Virus record (IMG/VR): IMGVR_UViG_3300021400_003144
From: a virus
Taxonomy: Duplodnaviria; Caudoviricetes
Length of the DNA stretch: 64,000 nucleotides
Reading direction: 5' to 3' (one strand)
Shown: positions 17,863 through 27,807 of the stretch, piece after piece
Layout of the letters: the number at the start of each line of letters is the position of its first letter
How positions within the stretch are numbered: the stretch's first letter is position 1
Notes under the pieces: generated by a model
What the model was told of the DNA's origin: nothing
Databases searched by the model: none
What the model saw: the letters and a program-made list of their open reading frames with translations, nothing else
Position numbers and translations under genes: made by a program

Positions 17863-18448
17863 GATGCATAAGAAAATAAGCAAGAGCATATATAAGAGTA
17901 TTCTGATGGCAGGGGTATTAATGATGATAAGCTCCTGTGGGTCAAAGAATACTGAAGAATCAGGGTTGAGCTTAAAGGATTTTAAGAGTGAGCTTACATT
18001 TGAAGGTTATTATGTAGAAGAACATAAGGGAACTGAAGATTATGTCTTAGAAATCACTGGAAGTAAGACTGAGGGTCTTAATGGTTCAGCTATAGACTAT
18101 ATAAGATATAATAATGAATCAGATGCTAGAGAAGCTTACAATGAACAAGTTGAAGAGATGCAAAAACATTTTAGAGTTGGAGCTACAGTAGAGACTAGAG
18201 GAGCTGATGAAACATTAGCGGCTGATGACCCTGATAGAAATAAGTTGAGATTAGTAGCTAAAGATGGCTATGAGTTATCAGAGATTGAGTTTGAAGATGC
18301 TTTTGGAACAATAGTTAGAACACCTATAGTTACATATTATGTTTATAGAAAAGGAACTGATGTTGTAGTTGTAACATACAATACAGATAATTCAGAGTCA
18401 GTTGAAAAGTTCTTAAGTAGTATTGATTTATATACTGAGAGTAAATAA
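17846..18448 (+). CDS. lipoprotein
   Basis: Lipobox-like MISSC after hydrophobic stretch. Confidence 0.7.
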   Translation: MRVMIKMHKKISKSIYKSILMAGVLMMISSCGSKNTEESGLSLKDFKSELTFEGYYVEEHKGTEDYVLEITGSKTEGLNGSAIDYIRYNNESDAREAYNEQVEEMQKHFRVGATVETRGADETLAADDPDRNKLRLVAKDGYELSEIEFEDAFGTIVRTPIVTYYVYRKGTDVVVVTYNTDNSESVEKFLSSIDLYTESK

Positions 18449-18479
18449 AGGGAACTTAAGAGTTGGAGGGAATAAATAA

Positions 18480-20333
18480 ATGAATAAAGTGAAGGGAAGT
18501 ATGGGAAATAATAACAATAGTGGTAAGAATGATGCTAATAGTATAAATGCTTATGCAATGTATTTACTTAGCAGATACACTGAAAACATTTTAGCAGAAG
18601 ATAAAGATAATGAGATTGTCTTTAGGGATTTAGATAACTGTTTATGCAGAGATGTAGAACTTGAGAAATTATCAAGAGCATTACTTCTTAGAGATAAGAA
18701 CTATGTAGTACTTTCAGGACCTACTGGTGTAGGAAAAAGAAACTTATTTTACAAGTATGTTAGCAATTCATTTGTTGATTTGAATGTAAATTGTACAATG
18801 GCTTTCAGAGTAAAGCTTGTAGAGATGCTTGTAGATTTTGGTGATGTAACTACTATGATGAACTCCTTTGAGAATGCTGTAAGTTTTATAACTCAGATAG
18901 CAGACCAGCTAAGCAACGATGCAAGGGTTTTAATTTACATAGAGGATTTGGATAAGATACCTTCAAGATTATATGCTAACATATCAGTTAAGTTAAGACA
19001 GTTGTCTACAGACTCAAATATAAAATTTATACTTGCATATAATACTGATAATGCTGAAATATCAGAAGTTAAGGACATGGGTTATATTCTTGAGGATGCT
19101 GAGTTAATTAGTATGAACTTTCTTAGTAAAGAAGATACAAGAAAAGTTGTATTGACTAAGATTGATGATATAGGCAAGTTTCATAAGTGCAGATTCAGTA
19201 AGAAGATTGTAGATTACATATTAGATGTAATGTTTAAGGAGTTTGGAGAAAGCTCAGTTCAATGTATTCTTGACATATTAGATGCTTGTGGAGCATATAA
19301 AGAAGAGCATAAGAATGAAGTAAAACCTGGCGGATTAATAACTGAGGACATTGTTACTAAAGTAATCTATGATTATATTGGCAAGGACGTAACTAAAACA
19401 GAAAAGACTGGTGAGTTATCAGTTAAGAATCTTAATAAAAATCTTAAGAGTAACATATTTGGTCAGGATAGAGCTTGTGATATTGTTGATAAGTGCATTA
19501 AGGTTGCTAGTGTAGGATTAAATGATGATAATAAGACAGTATGTAATTTATTGTTTGTAGGTCCTACAGGAGTTGGTAAAACTGAGCTGGCTAAGGTTGT
19601 TGCAAAGTCATTAGATGTACCAATGTTAAGGTATAATATGACAGAGTTTCAAGATCAGATAAGCATTAATAAACTTATAGGAAGCGCTCCTGGTTATGTA
19701 GGATATGAAGAGGGAGGCAGACTTGTATCTGATGTGATTCATAATCCTAAATGTGTATTACTTCTTGATGAAATTGAGAAAGCACATCCAAGTGTATATA
19801 ACATGTTGTTACAGATTATGGATGATGCTAAGTTGACAGATTCATTGGGTAGAACTGCTAAGTTTAATGATGTAGTGCTTATTATGACAAGTAATGCTGG
19901 AGCGGCTGATATAGGTACCAGAAAGATTGGTTTTGAAGTTGATGAAAACAAGAAAGTAATCAAAGATGAGGCTATGGATGCAGCTATAGAAAGAACATTT
20001 CTTCCTGAGTTCATAAATAGACTTACTGAAGTAGTAAAGTTTAATTTCTTAGATGCTGAGGTAGGAAAGAAGATAATCAATAAGAAGTTAAATGAACTTC
20101 AGGAAAAACTTGATAAGCGTGAAATAAAGATTAAGTTAAGTAAGAGTGCAGAAGAGTACATTCTTGAAAGAGGTATAAACAATAAGTTTGGAGCTAGAGA
20201 AATAAGTAGAATCTTTACTAAAGAGATTAACAGTATACTAGCTAATATGATTATTGATAATGATATTAGTAGCAATACAAACTTAGAAGTTTATTGTAAG
20301 GATAATTCGTTATCAGTTAGAAAGAAAAAATAA
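18480..20333 (+). CDS. ClpA/ClpC-like AAA+ ATPase lacking the N-domain
   Basis: D2 module FGQD, GPTGVGKTEL, LIGSAPGYVGYEEGGRL, LLLDEIEKAH, PEFINRL, GAR; IGF loop; D1 degenerate (GPTGVGKR). Confidence 0.9.
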   Translation: MNKVKGSMGNNNNSGKNDANSINAYAMYLLSRYTENILAEDKDNEIVFRDLDNCLCRDVELEKLSRALLLRDKNYVVLSGPTGVGKRNLFYKYVSNSFVDLNVNCTMAFRVKLVEMLVDFGDVTTMMNSFENAVSFITQIADQLSNDARVLIYIEDLDKIPSRLYANISVKLRQLSTDSNIKFILAYNTDNAEISEVKDMGYILEDAELISMNFLSKEDTRKVVLTKIDDIGKFHKCRFSKKIVDYILDVMFKEFGESSVQCILDILDACGAYKEEHKNEVKPGGLITEDIVTKVIYDYIGKDVTKTEKTGELSVKNLNKNLKSNIFGQDRACDIVDKCIKVASVGLNDDNKTVCNLLFVGPTGVGKTELAKVVAKSLDVPMLRYNMTEFQDQISINKLIGSAPGYVGYEEGGRLVSDVIHNPKCVLLLDEIEKAHPSVYNMLLQIMDDAKLTDSLGRTAKFNDVVLIMTSNAGAADIGTRKIGFEVDENKKVIKDEAMDAAIERTFLPEFINRLTEVVKFNFLDAEVGKKIINKKLNELQEKLDKREIKIKLSKSAEEYILERGINNKFGAREISRIFTKEINSILANMIIDNDISSNTNLEVYCKDNSLSVRKKK

Positions 20334-20458
20334 TGAGTATGTATATCTGTGGTGGGGTAATTTTTATTTGAAATAAAGCTATGAAGTGTAATAAGGTAGT
20401 TAATTAAAATAAGAGTTAATTTAGAGTAATTTTATAGGTTTAAAGGAGAAATAGTATT

Positions 20459-21307
20459 ATGTTTTATGTAGTAGCTAGTATCATTGGAAATGATGGTAAG
20501 ACTGTTGGTTACAGACTCTTTGATACTGACAAGATGAATAAGGGCGTTACAGTTAAGGATGTATCAGAGAATGAACTTGCAAAGGCAATTTCATCTTCAC
20601 CAAAGGCTTTCGGAAATGTAGAGTTTGCAGGTGGTAAACTTAAGGGAACCAATGGTGCTCTTGATAGATATGCTAAGGTATCTATTTCAAATGAGGTTGT
20701 TGGCAAAGCTATTGTAGCTATCCTTTGCAGAGTAAAGCCTAAGAATGATTTTATTCTGGCTGATTGTATGGGTAACTTTACAAGAGTTTCTAATGATGAA
20801 ACACTTGCTCTTGCTAAGTCAGTAGGAATTGCAAATGCTAAGATTGTTGATAAGGGTGGACATAAGATTGTATCTTCTATCAGTGGTGAGTATCCAACTA
20901 TTGAAGAGAATGATACAAACAAAGTAAAGATTAAGTTTATTGCTGTCAATGATAATGATGATATTGACGTAACAATAAACAAGATTGCTGAGAATGTTAA
21001 GAATCCTGACATTAGAATAATCGGAAAGCTTAACAAGGCTAACTCAGATTCAGCTATTAAGGGATTAATCAATAAGTTTAAGATTATTGATGCAATTTCT
21101 AACAAGGATAATGAGAGAGCAGCAAGTATCATTAGAGAAGTAGCTACAAGATATATGCCTGTACTTAGTAAGGTTTGTGACAAGAAGGTTGTAGTTGAGA
21201 ATACAGTTGGTCTTAAGGCACTTTACACAAGTGTAACAAACGATGACTCTTCTCTGATTGATAGAGCAATTAAGGGAATGGAGAATGACAAAGTAAATAT
21301 TAAGTAA
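20459..21307 (+). CDS. hypothetical protein
   Basis: AAGGAG RBS; N-terminal VGYRLFD motif. Confidence 0.8.
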   Translation: MFYVVASIIGNDGKTVGYRLFDTDKMNKGVTVKDVSENELAKAISSSPKAFGNVEFAGGKLKGTNGALDRYAKVSISNEVVGKAIVAILCRVKPKNDFILADCMGNFTRVSNDETLALAKSVGIANAKIVDKGGHKIVSSISGEYPTIEENDTNKVKIKFIAVNDNDDIDVTINKIAENVKNPDIRIIGKLNKANSDSAIKGLINKFKIIDAISNKDNERAASIIREVATRYMPVLSKVCDKKVVVENTVGLKALYTSVTNDDSSLIDRAIKGMENDKVNIK

Positions 21308-21367
21308 CATAGTTAGTATACAATACTTGTGAATAGCTATTACTTATATTAATATCCCATCAAAAAG

Positions 21368-21404
21368 GTGCAGGTACTACTGAAAAGTGGTATCTGCATT
21401 TTTT
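21368..21404 (+). terminator. intrinsic terminator
   Basis: 14-bp stem, GAAA loop, T tract. Confidence 0.8.
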
Positions 21405-21445
21405 ATGCTTTATAGTGATAATAGGAAGTATTAATTTTATTTATA

Positions 21446-22750
21446 ATGTTATTTGAGGAGATACTTATGAAAAGAAAAGTGGCACTTTTAGTATTAGGAA
21501 TGAGTTTAATGACTAGCATAGTATCAAATGCTGGTACATGGAATAATGAAGATGGTAAGTGGTATTACTTAAATGAGGCTAATGAAAAGGTATCTGGTTT
21601 CATTACAGATAATAATATGACATATTATTTAGACCCTTTCAGTTATGAACTTAAAACCGGTATTCAGGATATTGGAGGAAAGACCTATTATTTTTCTGAT
21701 GATGGACACATGAATAAAGGCTGGGTTAAGAGTGACCATGATTGGTACTATTATGGTGATGATGGTGCACTTATTAAAGGTTCTTGGGTGCATGATGGTG
21801 ATAGTTGGTACTACACTGATAATAGTGGTAAAATCATTGATGGTTTACAGGAGATAGGTGGAAAGAAGTATTATTTCTCACAGAGAAATGATAGTACATA
21901 TGGTAAGATGATTAAGGGCTGGGTTAAATCTCAGGATAAATCAAATAACACAGTATATTACTATTTCGGAGATGATGGAGCAGCTGTTACAACAAGTATA
22001 ACTGAGAATGACACAGTTTATAACTTTAATGCTTCAGGTAATCTTGTTAAAGATAAGAATGGTAACTTACCAAGTGTAAGTGGTAACGTTACAAATGTTA
22101 TATTATACACTATTGATTATAAGTCAGATAAAGCTGATGAAGCTAAGGCTAAGAGTGAGACCAGAGCTGAGATAAATAAGTACATTGATAAGATGCCTAA
22201 TATTTTATTAAATGACTTCTTTAATGGTGGTAAGATAGAGTATTATATAGATAAGGACTATATAGAGAAAAAGACAATCAGTCTTGGAAATAGTGACTAT
22301 ACTTATGATAATTTCTATGACGATGATGAAGATACTTATGAGACAGATAAGGAAGATGATAAGTACATATATGAGTTATATAGATACTCTACTAATAGAA
22401 TAGAAGCATGTCAGGAGCCTATAAATGTACTTAGAGGATTTGGAAGATACATAGATGAAAAATCACAGAGTATTATAGGAACTTATAAGGCAGCTGGACT
22501 TCCTTCTGGAACAAATGAGTTTGAGAAGATATTTGATGAAGAAAAGGATAATCTTTCAGGTTTTGAGAAAATCAGTTATGAGGATGATACTTTAACTGCA
22601 CATGCATATTTTGATATTTGTTATGCATTGTATAGAAGTGATAATAAAGAGTTTAAAGAGAGTTGTCCAAACAGTTATAACTATGTAAAGAACATAGAGG
22701 GATTACTTATGGACAGCATAGTTGAGTCAAATACTGAGAATAAAAATTAA
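21446..22750 (+). CDS. secreted protein with cell-wall/choline-binding repeats and an ATLF/PPEP-like domain lacking HExxH
   Basis: Signal peptide; WYY-G repeats; VLRGFGRYID, EFEKIFDEE, CPNSYNYV; start probably 21467. Confidence 0.75.
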   Translation: MLFEEILMKRKVALLVLGMSLMTSIVSNAGTWNNEDGKWYYLNEANEKVSGFITDNNMTYYLDPFSYELKTGIQDIGGKTYYFSDDGHMNKGWVKSDHDWYYYGDDGALIKGSWVHDGDSWYYTDNSGKIIDGLQEIGGKKYYFSQRNDSTYGKMIKGWVKSQDKSNNTVYYYFGDDGAAVTTSITENDTVYNFNASGNLVKDKNGNLPSVSGNVTNVILYTIDYKSDKADEAKAKSETRAEINKYIDKMPNILLNDFFNGGKIEYYIDKDYIEKKTISLGNSDYTYDNFYDDDEDTYETDKEDDKYIYELYRYSTNRIEACQEPINVLRGFGRYIDEKSQSIIGTYKAAGLPSGTNEFEKIFDEEKDNLSGFEKISYEDDTLTAHAYFDICYALYRSDNKEFKESCPNSYNYVKNIEGLLMDSIVESNTENKN

Positions 22751-22788
22751 GTTCTAAGCGAGTTGTGAGCATTGGTCTAAGGTTTGGG

Positions 22789-22826
22789 ATATTGGGAATG
22801 TTGAGATATACATTCCCAATATTTTT
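22789..22826 (+). terminator. intrinsic terminator
   Basis: ATATTGGGAATGT/ACATTCCCAATAT then T tract. Confidence 0.8.
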
Positions 22827-22829
22827 AGC

Positions 22830-23240
22830 TGTTAATAGAAAATATTTTTCAAGATAAAATAAAAATTAAAGTTTTATTTTAATTAAAATATTGGAAATAA
22901 ATTTCTATAAAAATTTCTCGATTAAAAAAATAGTGGGATGTGCTTAAAAAATATGGGTATGCTGTAGGGAAAAATTTGGATGAGCAGAGGGCGAAAAATT
23001 TGGGAGCAGAAGGGGTATTTTTAACTAAATAAAAAATCAATTTTATTTATGATTAAGTTAAGGTAAGGAAAATAAAATAAAGAGGCTTGTTGAAAAACTG
23101 GGGCTTAAATATAGACAGTAAATTAAAAATTGGGGTTTTTGGATTATATGCTTTATGAGTAAATTTAGTGTGTCTAGATATAAACATAAATGACTAGTAA
23201 TGAGCTATAATGAGTTTAATTGTTGTTAATAAATTATTAG
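22830..23240. repeat. non-coding region with AAAAATTTGG-like motifs, homologous to 53020-53460
   Basis: 23046-23068 vs 53114-53136 match 21/23; 22994-23009 vs 53205-53220 match 15/16. Confidence 0.7.
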
Positions 23241-23241
23241 T

Positions 23242-24246
23242 ATGTTTGTAGCTAGACTACAGAAGGGGATTAGTTGCATGAATAACGGTATACTTGAGCA
23301 TCTTGAAGTAGAGCAGGGTCTTGATATTAAAATTGGTGGAATGGGTAGAATTGCTGGTGACATTGCTAGTGAAATGGAGTACCTTAGAAAATTAAGTAAT
23401 GAGCTAAGTGACAGAAAGAAGAACATTTATTATTCTTTTGGTGACAATAATATTGTATTATGCACCAATGATTTTGGTGATGTAGGAGCATTAACAATAT
23501 ATCTGGCTAGGCAGGCTGGCTGTAAAGTTATCTGTTGTGCTGAGGGTTCTTGCATAAGTGAATTGCATAATAGTACAGATAATTTCTATAGCGGATATGA
23601 TTATAGTGTTGACATTGGGGATATTATAAGTGAAGCTGAGCTGTTCATAACAGTTGCGTCTATATTATCTAAAGGGCACATGTTTTATTTAGATGAAGAT
23701 AGTTATAATAGCAATATGGGATTCATCAATAAATTTAAGATGTGTGCATCAAGACCATTTGGTAGCGATGCAATAGGTATATTGGACAGTGAGGATTATG
23801 ATGATGACATAGGTTTAGAATTTAAGTGTCAGCATATACATTTAGGTATAGCAGATGAAAACATAGTATATGCTGCTGGTCCTTTGTTCAGAACATATGT
23901 AATTGCATATACATTGTATCAGTGGTTACTTGATAACTATTTGAGTACAATACATAAGGGTGTTGTATATAGCAGAGTAGGTGAAGCAGCTATGCTTGAG
24001 CAGCTAGCTGAAGATGCTTCAAAGTTGTCAGAAGCAGCTATTAAGAAGGCAAGAAAGATTAGGCATGAGAATCCTATATTCCAGACAACTGATGAATTAG
24101 GAAAGGGGCTTATAGAGAAGTACTCAGAAGTTTATAGTTGTGCAGCTGAACTAGGATTGAGACCAGATAGAGATGTTATTAGAACATTAGATACCAGATT
24201 TTTGGAGAGATGGTATTGTGACAGAATAAATAGGAGTGATGATTAA
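23242..24246 (+). CDS. hypothetical protein with a possible degenerate MazG-like C-terminus
   Basis: KIGGMG near N-terminus; LEQLAEDASKLSEAAIKKARK..ENP...LIEKYSEV. Confidence 0.6.
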   Translation: MFVARLQKGISCMNNGILEHLEVEQGLDIKIGGMGRIAGDIASEMEYLRKLSNELSDRKKNIYYSFGDNNIVLCTNDFGDVGALTIYLARQAGCKVICCAEGSCISELHNSTDNFYSGYDYSVDIGDIISEAELFITVASILSKGHMFYLDEDSYNSNMGFINKFKMCASRPFGSDAIGILDSEDYDDDIGLEFKCQHIHLGIADENIVYAAGPLFRTYVIAYTLYQWLLDNYLSTIHKGVVYSRVGEAAMLEQLAEDASKLSEAAIKKARKIRHENPIFQTTDELGKGLIEKYSEVYSCAAELGLRPDRDVIRTLDTRFLERWYCDRINRSDD

Positions 24247-24797
24247 TGAAAATAACTTTTGATCTTGATGGTGTTATAATAGAGCACCTAGAGTATAAGT
24301 TAAATCAGATGAAAATACCTATTGAGTTTATAAATAAATATAGTATAGGTAAGCTTGATTTGTTAAAAGGTTCAGAGAAGAAAGCTATATTACAGAGTTT
24401 TTCAGATGTGGAAAACTTTATGTATGCTGAGAAACACTCCGATGTTCTTAATAGACTGGCAAAGAGGTATGAGATAGCTATTAATAGTTTAAGCTGTACT
24501 AGAGAGATAGCTAGATACAAGGAATTTTGGCTAAAGAGTGAAATAAAAGGCATAAAAAATAAAGATATTGTACTTAGTATAATAGGAGATGGTTCTGGGA
24601 ATGGAAATAAAAAGATAGGAAAGACAGATATTTATGTTGAAGATAGTTTAGAGAATTTAATTAGCAACATAGATAATTTTCATGTTGGCATATTAATTGA
24701 TAAGCCCTACAATAGGGTTAATGTAAAAGCAGATAAAATTATAAGAGCTAAAGATATTTATGATGCTGAGAGAATAATAGAGAGGCGAATCAAATGA
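24246..24797 (+). CDS. HAD-family 5'(3')-nucleotidase-like protein
   Basis: FDLDGVI, IYVEDS, KPYNR. Confidence 0.8.
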   Translation: MKITFDLDGVIIEHLEYKLNQMKIPIEFINKYSIGKLDLLKGSEKKAILQSFSDVENFMYAEKHSDVLNRLAKRYEIAINSLSCTREIARYKEFWLKSEIKGIKNKDIVLSIIGDGSGNGNKKIGKTDIYVEDSLENLISNIDNFHVGILIDKPYNRVNVKADKIIRAKDIYDAERIIERRIK

Positions 24798-25105
24798 TTA
24801 AACTGGACTTGAGTAAATGTAATGTAAAGGATTTGATATGCAGTAAAGAATATGAACATTCAAATGAGGAATTTGGCAATTCATACAAGCAAGTTATAAA
24901 GCATAGGTTTAAAGAGAACTATGTAGTATTTTGTGATACATCTATGCACACTGTGTTAGCAGCTAAGACAAAGAGGAATGGCTTAAAGTTTATAAAGTTT
25001 ATAGTGTTAGATGGTGATGTGTCTGACATTAAAGAGTCTGAGTATGATATTGCTATAGACAAGTATGATGATTTATATACAATGGAAAGTATAGAATTAA
25101 ATTAA
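24794..25105 (+). CDS. hypothetical protein
   Basis: ATGA overlap with upstream gene. Confidence 0.7.
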   Translation: MIKLDLSKCNVKDLICSKEYEHSNEEFGNSYKQVIKHRFKENYVVFCDTSMHTVLAAKTKRNGLKFIKFIVLDGDVSDIKESEYDIAIDKYDDLYTMESIELN

Positions 25106-25126
25106 ATATTTTGGAGGTAGCTTGTT

Positions 25127-25456
25127 TTGGCTAGAAATGCAGCAGCTAGTATTTATTTTAAACTCTGGGATAAATACCATGCTAAAGATTGTAATACTGA
25201 TGAAACAGAGGAAGAGATGCTTAATGATGGTATTGAAGTAGCAAGATTTGTAAAAACTGATGAGCTAGGTAATACAAAGAATACATTATATGATATAATA
25301 TATACTGGAAATGATGTAGTGTTATCAGAGCAAGTTAGATGCGGAGCAAGGACAGATATTAAAGCTATAGCTAGAGTCAGTAGATTAGGTTACATAGAAT
25401 TTTGTGATAAAGTTAATGTTCTTTATAGAAAGAGAGCAGCAATAAGAAAAAGATAG
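25127..25456 (+). CDS. hypothetical protein
   Basis: GGAGG RBS; TTG start. Confidence 0.7.
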   Translation: MARNAAASIYFKLWDKYHAKDCNTDETEEEMLNDGIEVARFVKTDELGNTKNTLYDIIYTGNDVVLSEQVRCGARTDIKAIARVSRLGYIEFCDKVNVLYRKRAAIRKR

Positions 25457-25460
25457 AAGT

Positions 25461-25491
25461 AAAAGAATAGGCAAATCAGCCTATTCTTTTT
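25461..25491 (+). terminator. intrinsic terminator
   Basis: AAAAGAATAGGC/GCCTATTCTTTT. Confidence 0.75.
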
Positions 25492-25558
25492 ATTTTGAAT
25501 AAAGCATTAAAATAGTTAGTGATATATTATAGATTTTTTATGTGTGAGGTTATGAAAA

Positions 25559-26590
25559 ATGATAAGAGACTATATGACAATTATAAGGCAGTTATTTCTA
25601 ACTTGTCAGAAATTTGGATACAACTTTTATACAAATAATCATGGTGTATTTAAAGTTGAAGCTCCTAACTTAGTGATGCTAATTAGTAAAGATGCTGTTG
25701 AGATAGAGAGTAACAAATTTAATATGACATTGCACCCTTATGATATAGGGATACTTACTAATGAAAGAACAACTGATATACATGTAAATGAGTTTGAGCG
25801 TGAAAGGAAATTCAGTGCATTGAAGTTTAAACTGAATTTCTATATGGGAAGAACAGTTGGTGTAAATGTAGGAGTTGTATGTTCATTAGAAATAGATAAA
25901 AATACAGGTGAGGTTACAAGAGTATTTAATCCTTGTAAAACAAATGTATATAATAAGTACTGTGACATTGATGGAAGAGCTTATGAAGATGTATTAAAGC
26001 TTGGTAAAATGGCTTCCAATATAAGTATTACAGAATACAGAAATAAATTTAAGGTAAATTTAGGATATATAGATAAGAGCATAGATGATGTTGTGAGAGT
26101 AATTAAAAAGTTAATTCAATACATTCCTGATAATGCAGTACCTAATGTATGTATAAATGAGCTTAGGAACTTGAAATTCATTAAGAGATATGAGAGTGAC
26201 AATAGTGAATTATATATGTGCGGTGAGTATTATGTATTAAATCATGGAAATGGTAAAAGATACTTCTTTAAGGTTAATGAAGATTGTTACAAGACTCTTA
26301 AGATAAATAACATTATGTTAAATGAATATGCAAATGATAGAAATGGGATGCATAATGTAAGAGTAATTGGTGACAAGAAGAATAAATTAACTCAGTTTAT
26401 TGTATTGTTTGAATACAATGGGTATGAAATTATTTTTAATTTTTTAAATAATTTATTCTATATAAAGGTTAATAACTTTCTGATAGATTGTACAGATACA
26501 TTTATAAAAGCCTTTAATAGATTAGATAGGATTGTTCAGCATCAGGATGCAAATGATAAGTGCATAGAAATTAAAAATATGGTTTATTAA
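25559..26590 (+). CDS. hypothetical protein
   Basis: GAGG RBS; 343 aa. Confidence 0.8.
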   Translation: MIRDYMTIIRQLFLTCQKFGYNFYTNNHGVFKVEAPNLVMLISKDAVEIESNKFNMTLHPYDIGILTNERTTDIHVNEFERERKFSALKFKLNFYMGRTVGVNVGVVCSLEIDKNTGEVTRVFNPCKTNVYNKYCDIDGRAYEDVLKLGKMASNISITEYRNKFKVNLGYIDKSIDDVVRVIKKLIQYIPDNAVPNVCINELRNLKFIKRYESDNSELYMCGEYYVLNHGNGKRYFFKVNEDCYKTLKINNIMLNEYANDRNGMHNVRVIGDKKNKLTQFIVLFEYNGYEIIFNFLNNLFYIKVNNFLIDCTDTFIKAFNRLDRIVQHQDANDKCIEIKNMVY

Positions 26591-26605
26591 ATAAGGGGTG
26601 ATACA

Positions 26606-27010
26606 ATGGATAGAAAAGATTTAATTTGGCATGATAGAAAAAGACATTTTGGATTACCTATAAGCTTTACAGCTTATAGTATGAGTAATGATAGAATTTT
26701 CATTAAGACAGGTTGTTTTAATATTGAGCAGAATGAGGTTAGATTGTACAGAGTTCTTGACCTTAAGCTCAAGAGGAACTTAATTCAGAGGCTATTTGGA
26801 GTAGGAACGGTTATAGTTAGTTCTTCTGATAAAAATATGGGAACATTTTCACTTGTGAATATAGCTAAGTCTGATAAGATTATGGAGCTTATATCAGATA
26901 AGGTTGAAGAGCAAAGAGATTCTAAGCATATAGTTGGAAGAGAATACATGAGTAATGATTCTGAATATGATATTGATGATAATGATACAGATGATAATTT
27001 AGAAGAGTAA
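26606..27010 (+). CDS. bacterial PH-domain (bPH_2-like) protein
   Basis: EVRLYRVLDLKLKRNLIQRLFGVGTV. Confidence 0.8.
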   Translation: MDRKDLIWHDRKRHFGLPISFTAYSMSNDRIFIKTGCFNIEQNEVRLYRVLDLKLKRNLIQRLFGVGTVIVSSSDKNMGTFSLVNIAKSDKIMELISDKVEEQRDSKHIVGREYMSNDSEYDIDDNDTDDNLEE

Positions 27011-27023
27011 ATAATGGGGAGGA

Positions 27024-27725
27024 ATGAGTATTATGTTTGATTATTCTAAATATCTTGTTGTAGCTATACCTAATCGTGAAGTAATCAGTAAGATGAGTCC
27101 TGATGATAAGTATATTGGTATAGTTCCAGTTGAAACTAAAGAGTGGACTTGGATAGATGCTAAGAAAGCTTGTGAGCTAGGTATTTTAAAAGAAGATAAT
27201 ACTAAGTACAGAGTGAAAGGTTATATATTTGCATACAATGAATCTGAGGGATTAAATATTGAGCCTAACGTTTATGATGTAAATGATGATTTTGATAAGG
27301 ATTATTACAGGGCTAAACTGATAGGCAGTAGAAAATCCTCATATATAATTCCATATAATAAGGTATGTGCATCTATGAATGATGATGATTCTGTTGATGA
27401 ATTTTATTCAGAGATAAATAATCTTTGTAAAAAGTATGGGCTTGAGAGTGAACAGGATAAAAGAATATGGTCTAAGATATTAGGATATAAAGTCATCAGT
27501 GAGGGTAAGATAAGAGTTACGTTTAAGAGGGGAGACTCTCTTGTTGATGATAAGGTAATAAAGACTAAAGAAAATGCTATAGGCTTAGATGCCTATAGAT
27601 ATCTAGTAAACACTGGAGTTATAGATAAGAGCATAGATAAAGGTACAAAGTACAGAAGATGGTATCCTTGTGACTTAGTTGTAAGTGATGATGCTATTTT
27701 TTGTACTATAAGAAGGTACTTATAA
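27024..27725 (+). CDS. hypothetical protein
   Basis: GGAGG RBS region; 233 aa. Confidence 0.75.
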   Translation: MSIMFDYSKYLVVAIPNREVISKMSPDDKYIGIVPVETKEWTWIDAKKACELGILKEDNTKYRVKGYIFAYNESEGLNIEPNVYDVNDDFDKDYYRAKLIGSRKSSYIIPYNKVCASMNDDDSVDEFYSEINNLCKKYGLESEQDKRIWSKILGYKVISEGKIRVTFKRGDSLVDDKVIKTKENAIGLDAYRYLVNTGVIDKSIDKGTKYRRWYPCDLVVSDDAIFCTIRRYL

Positions 27726-27807
27726 AAATCTAAATGACTTTAAATATAACTTAAAATTATATAATAAGTGTTATTTTTAATTAATTTTTAAATTAATGAG
27801 GTTCAGT

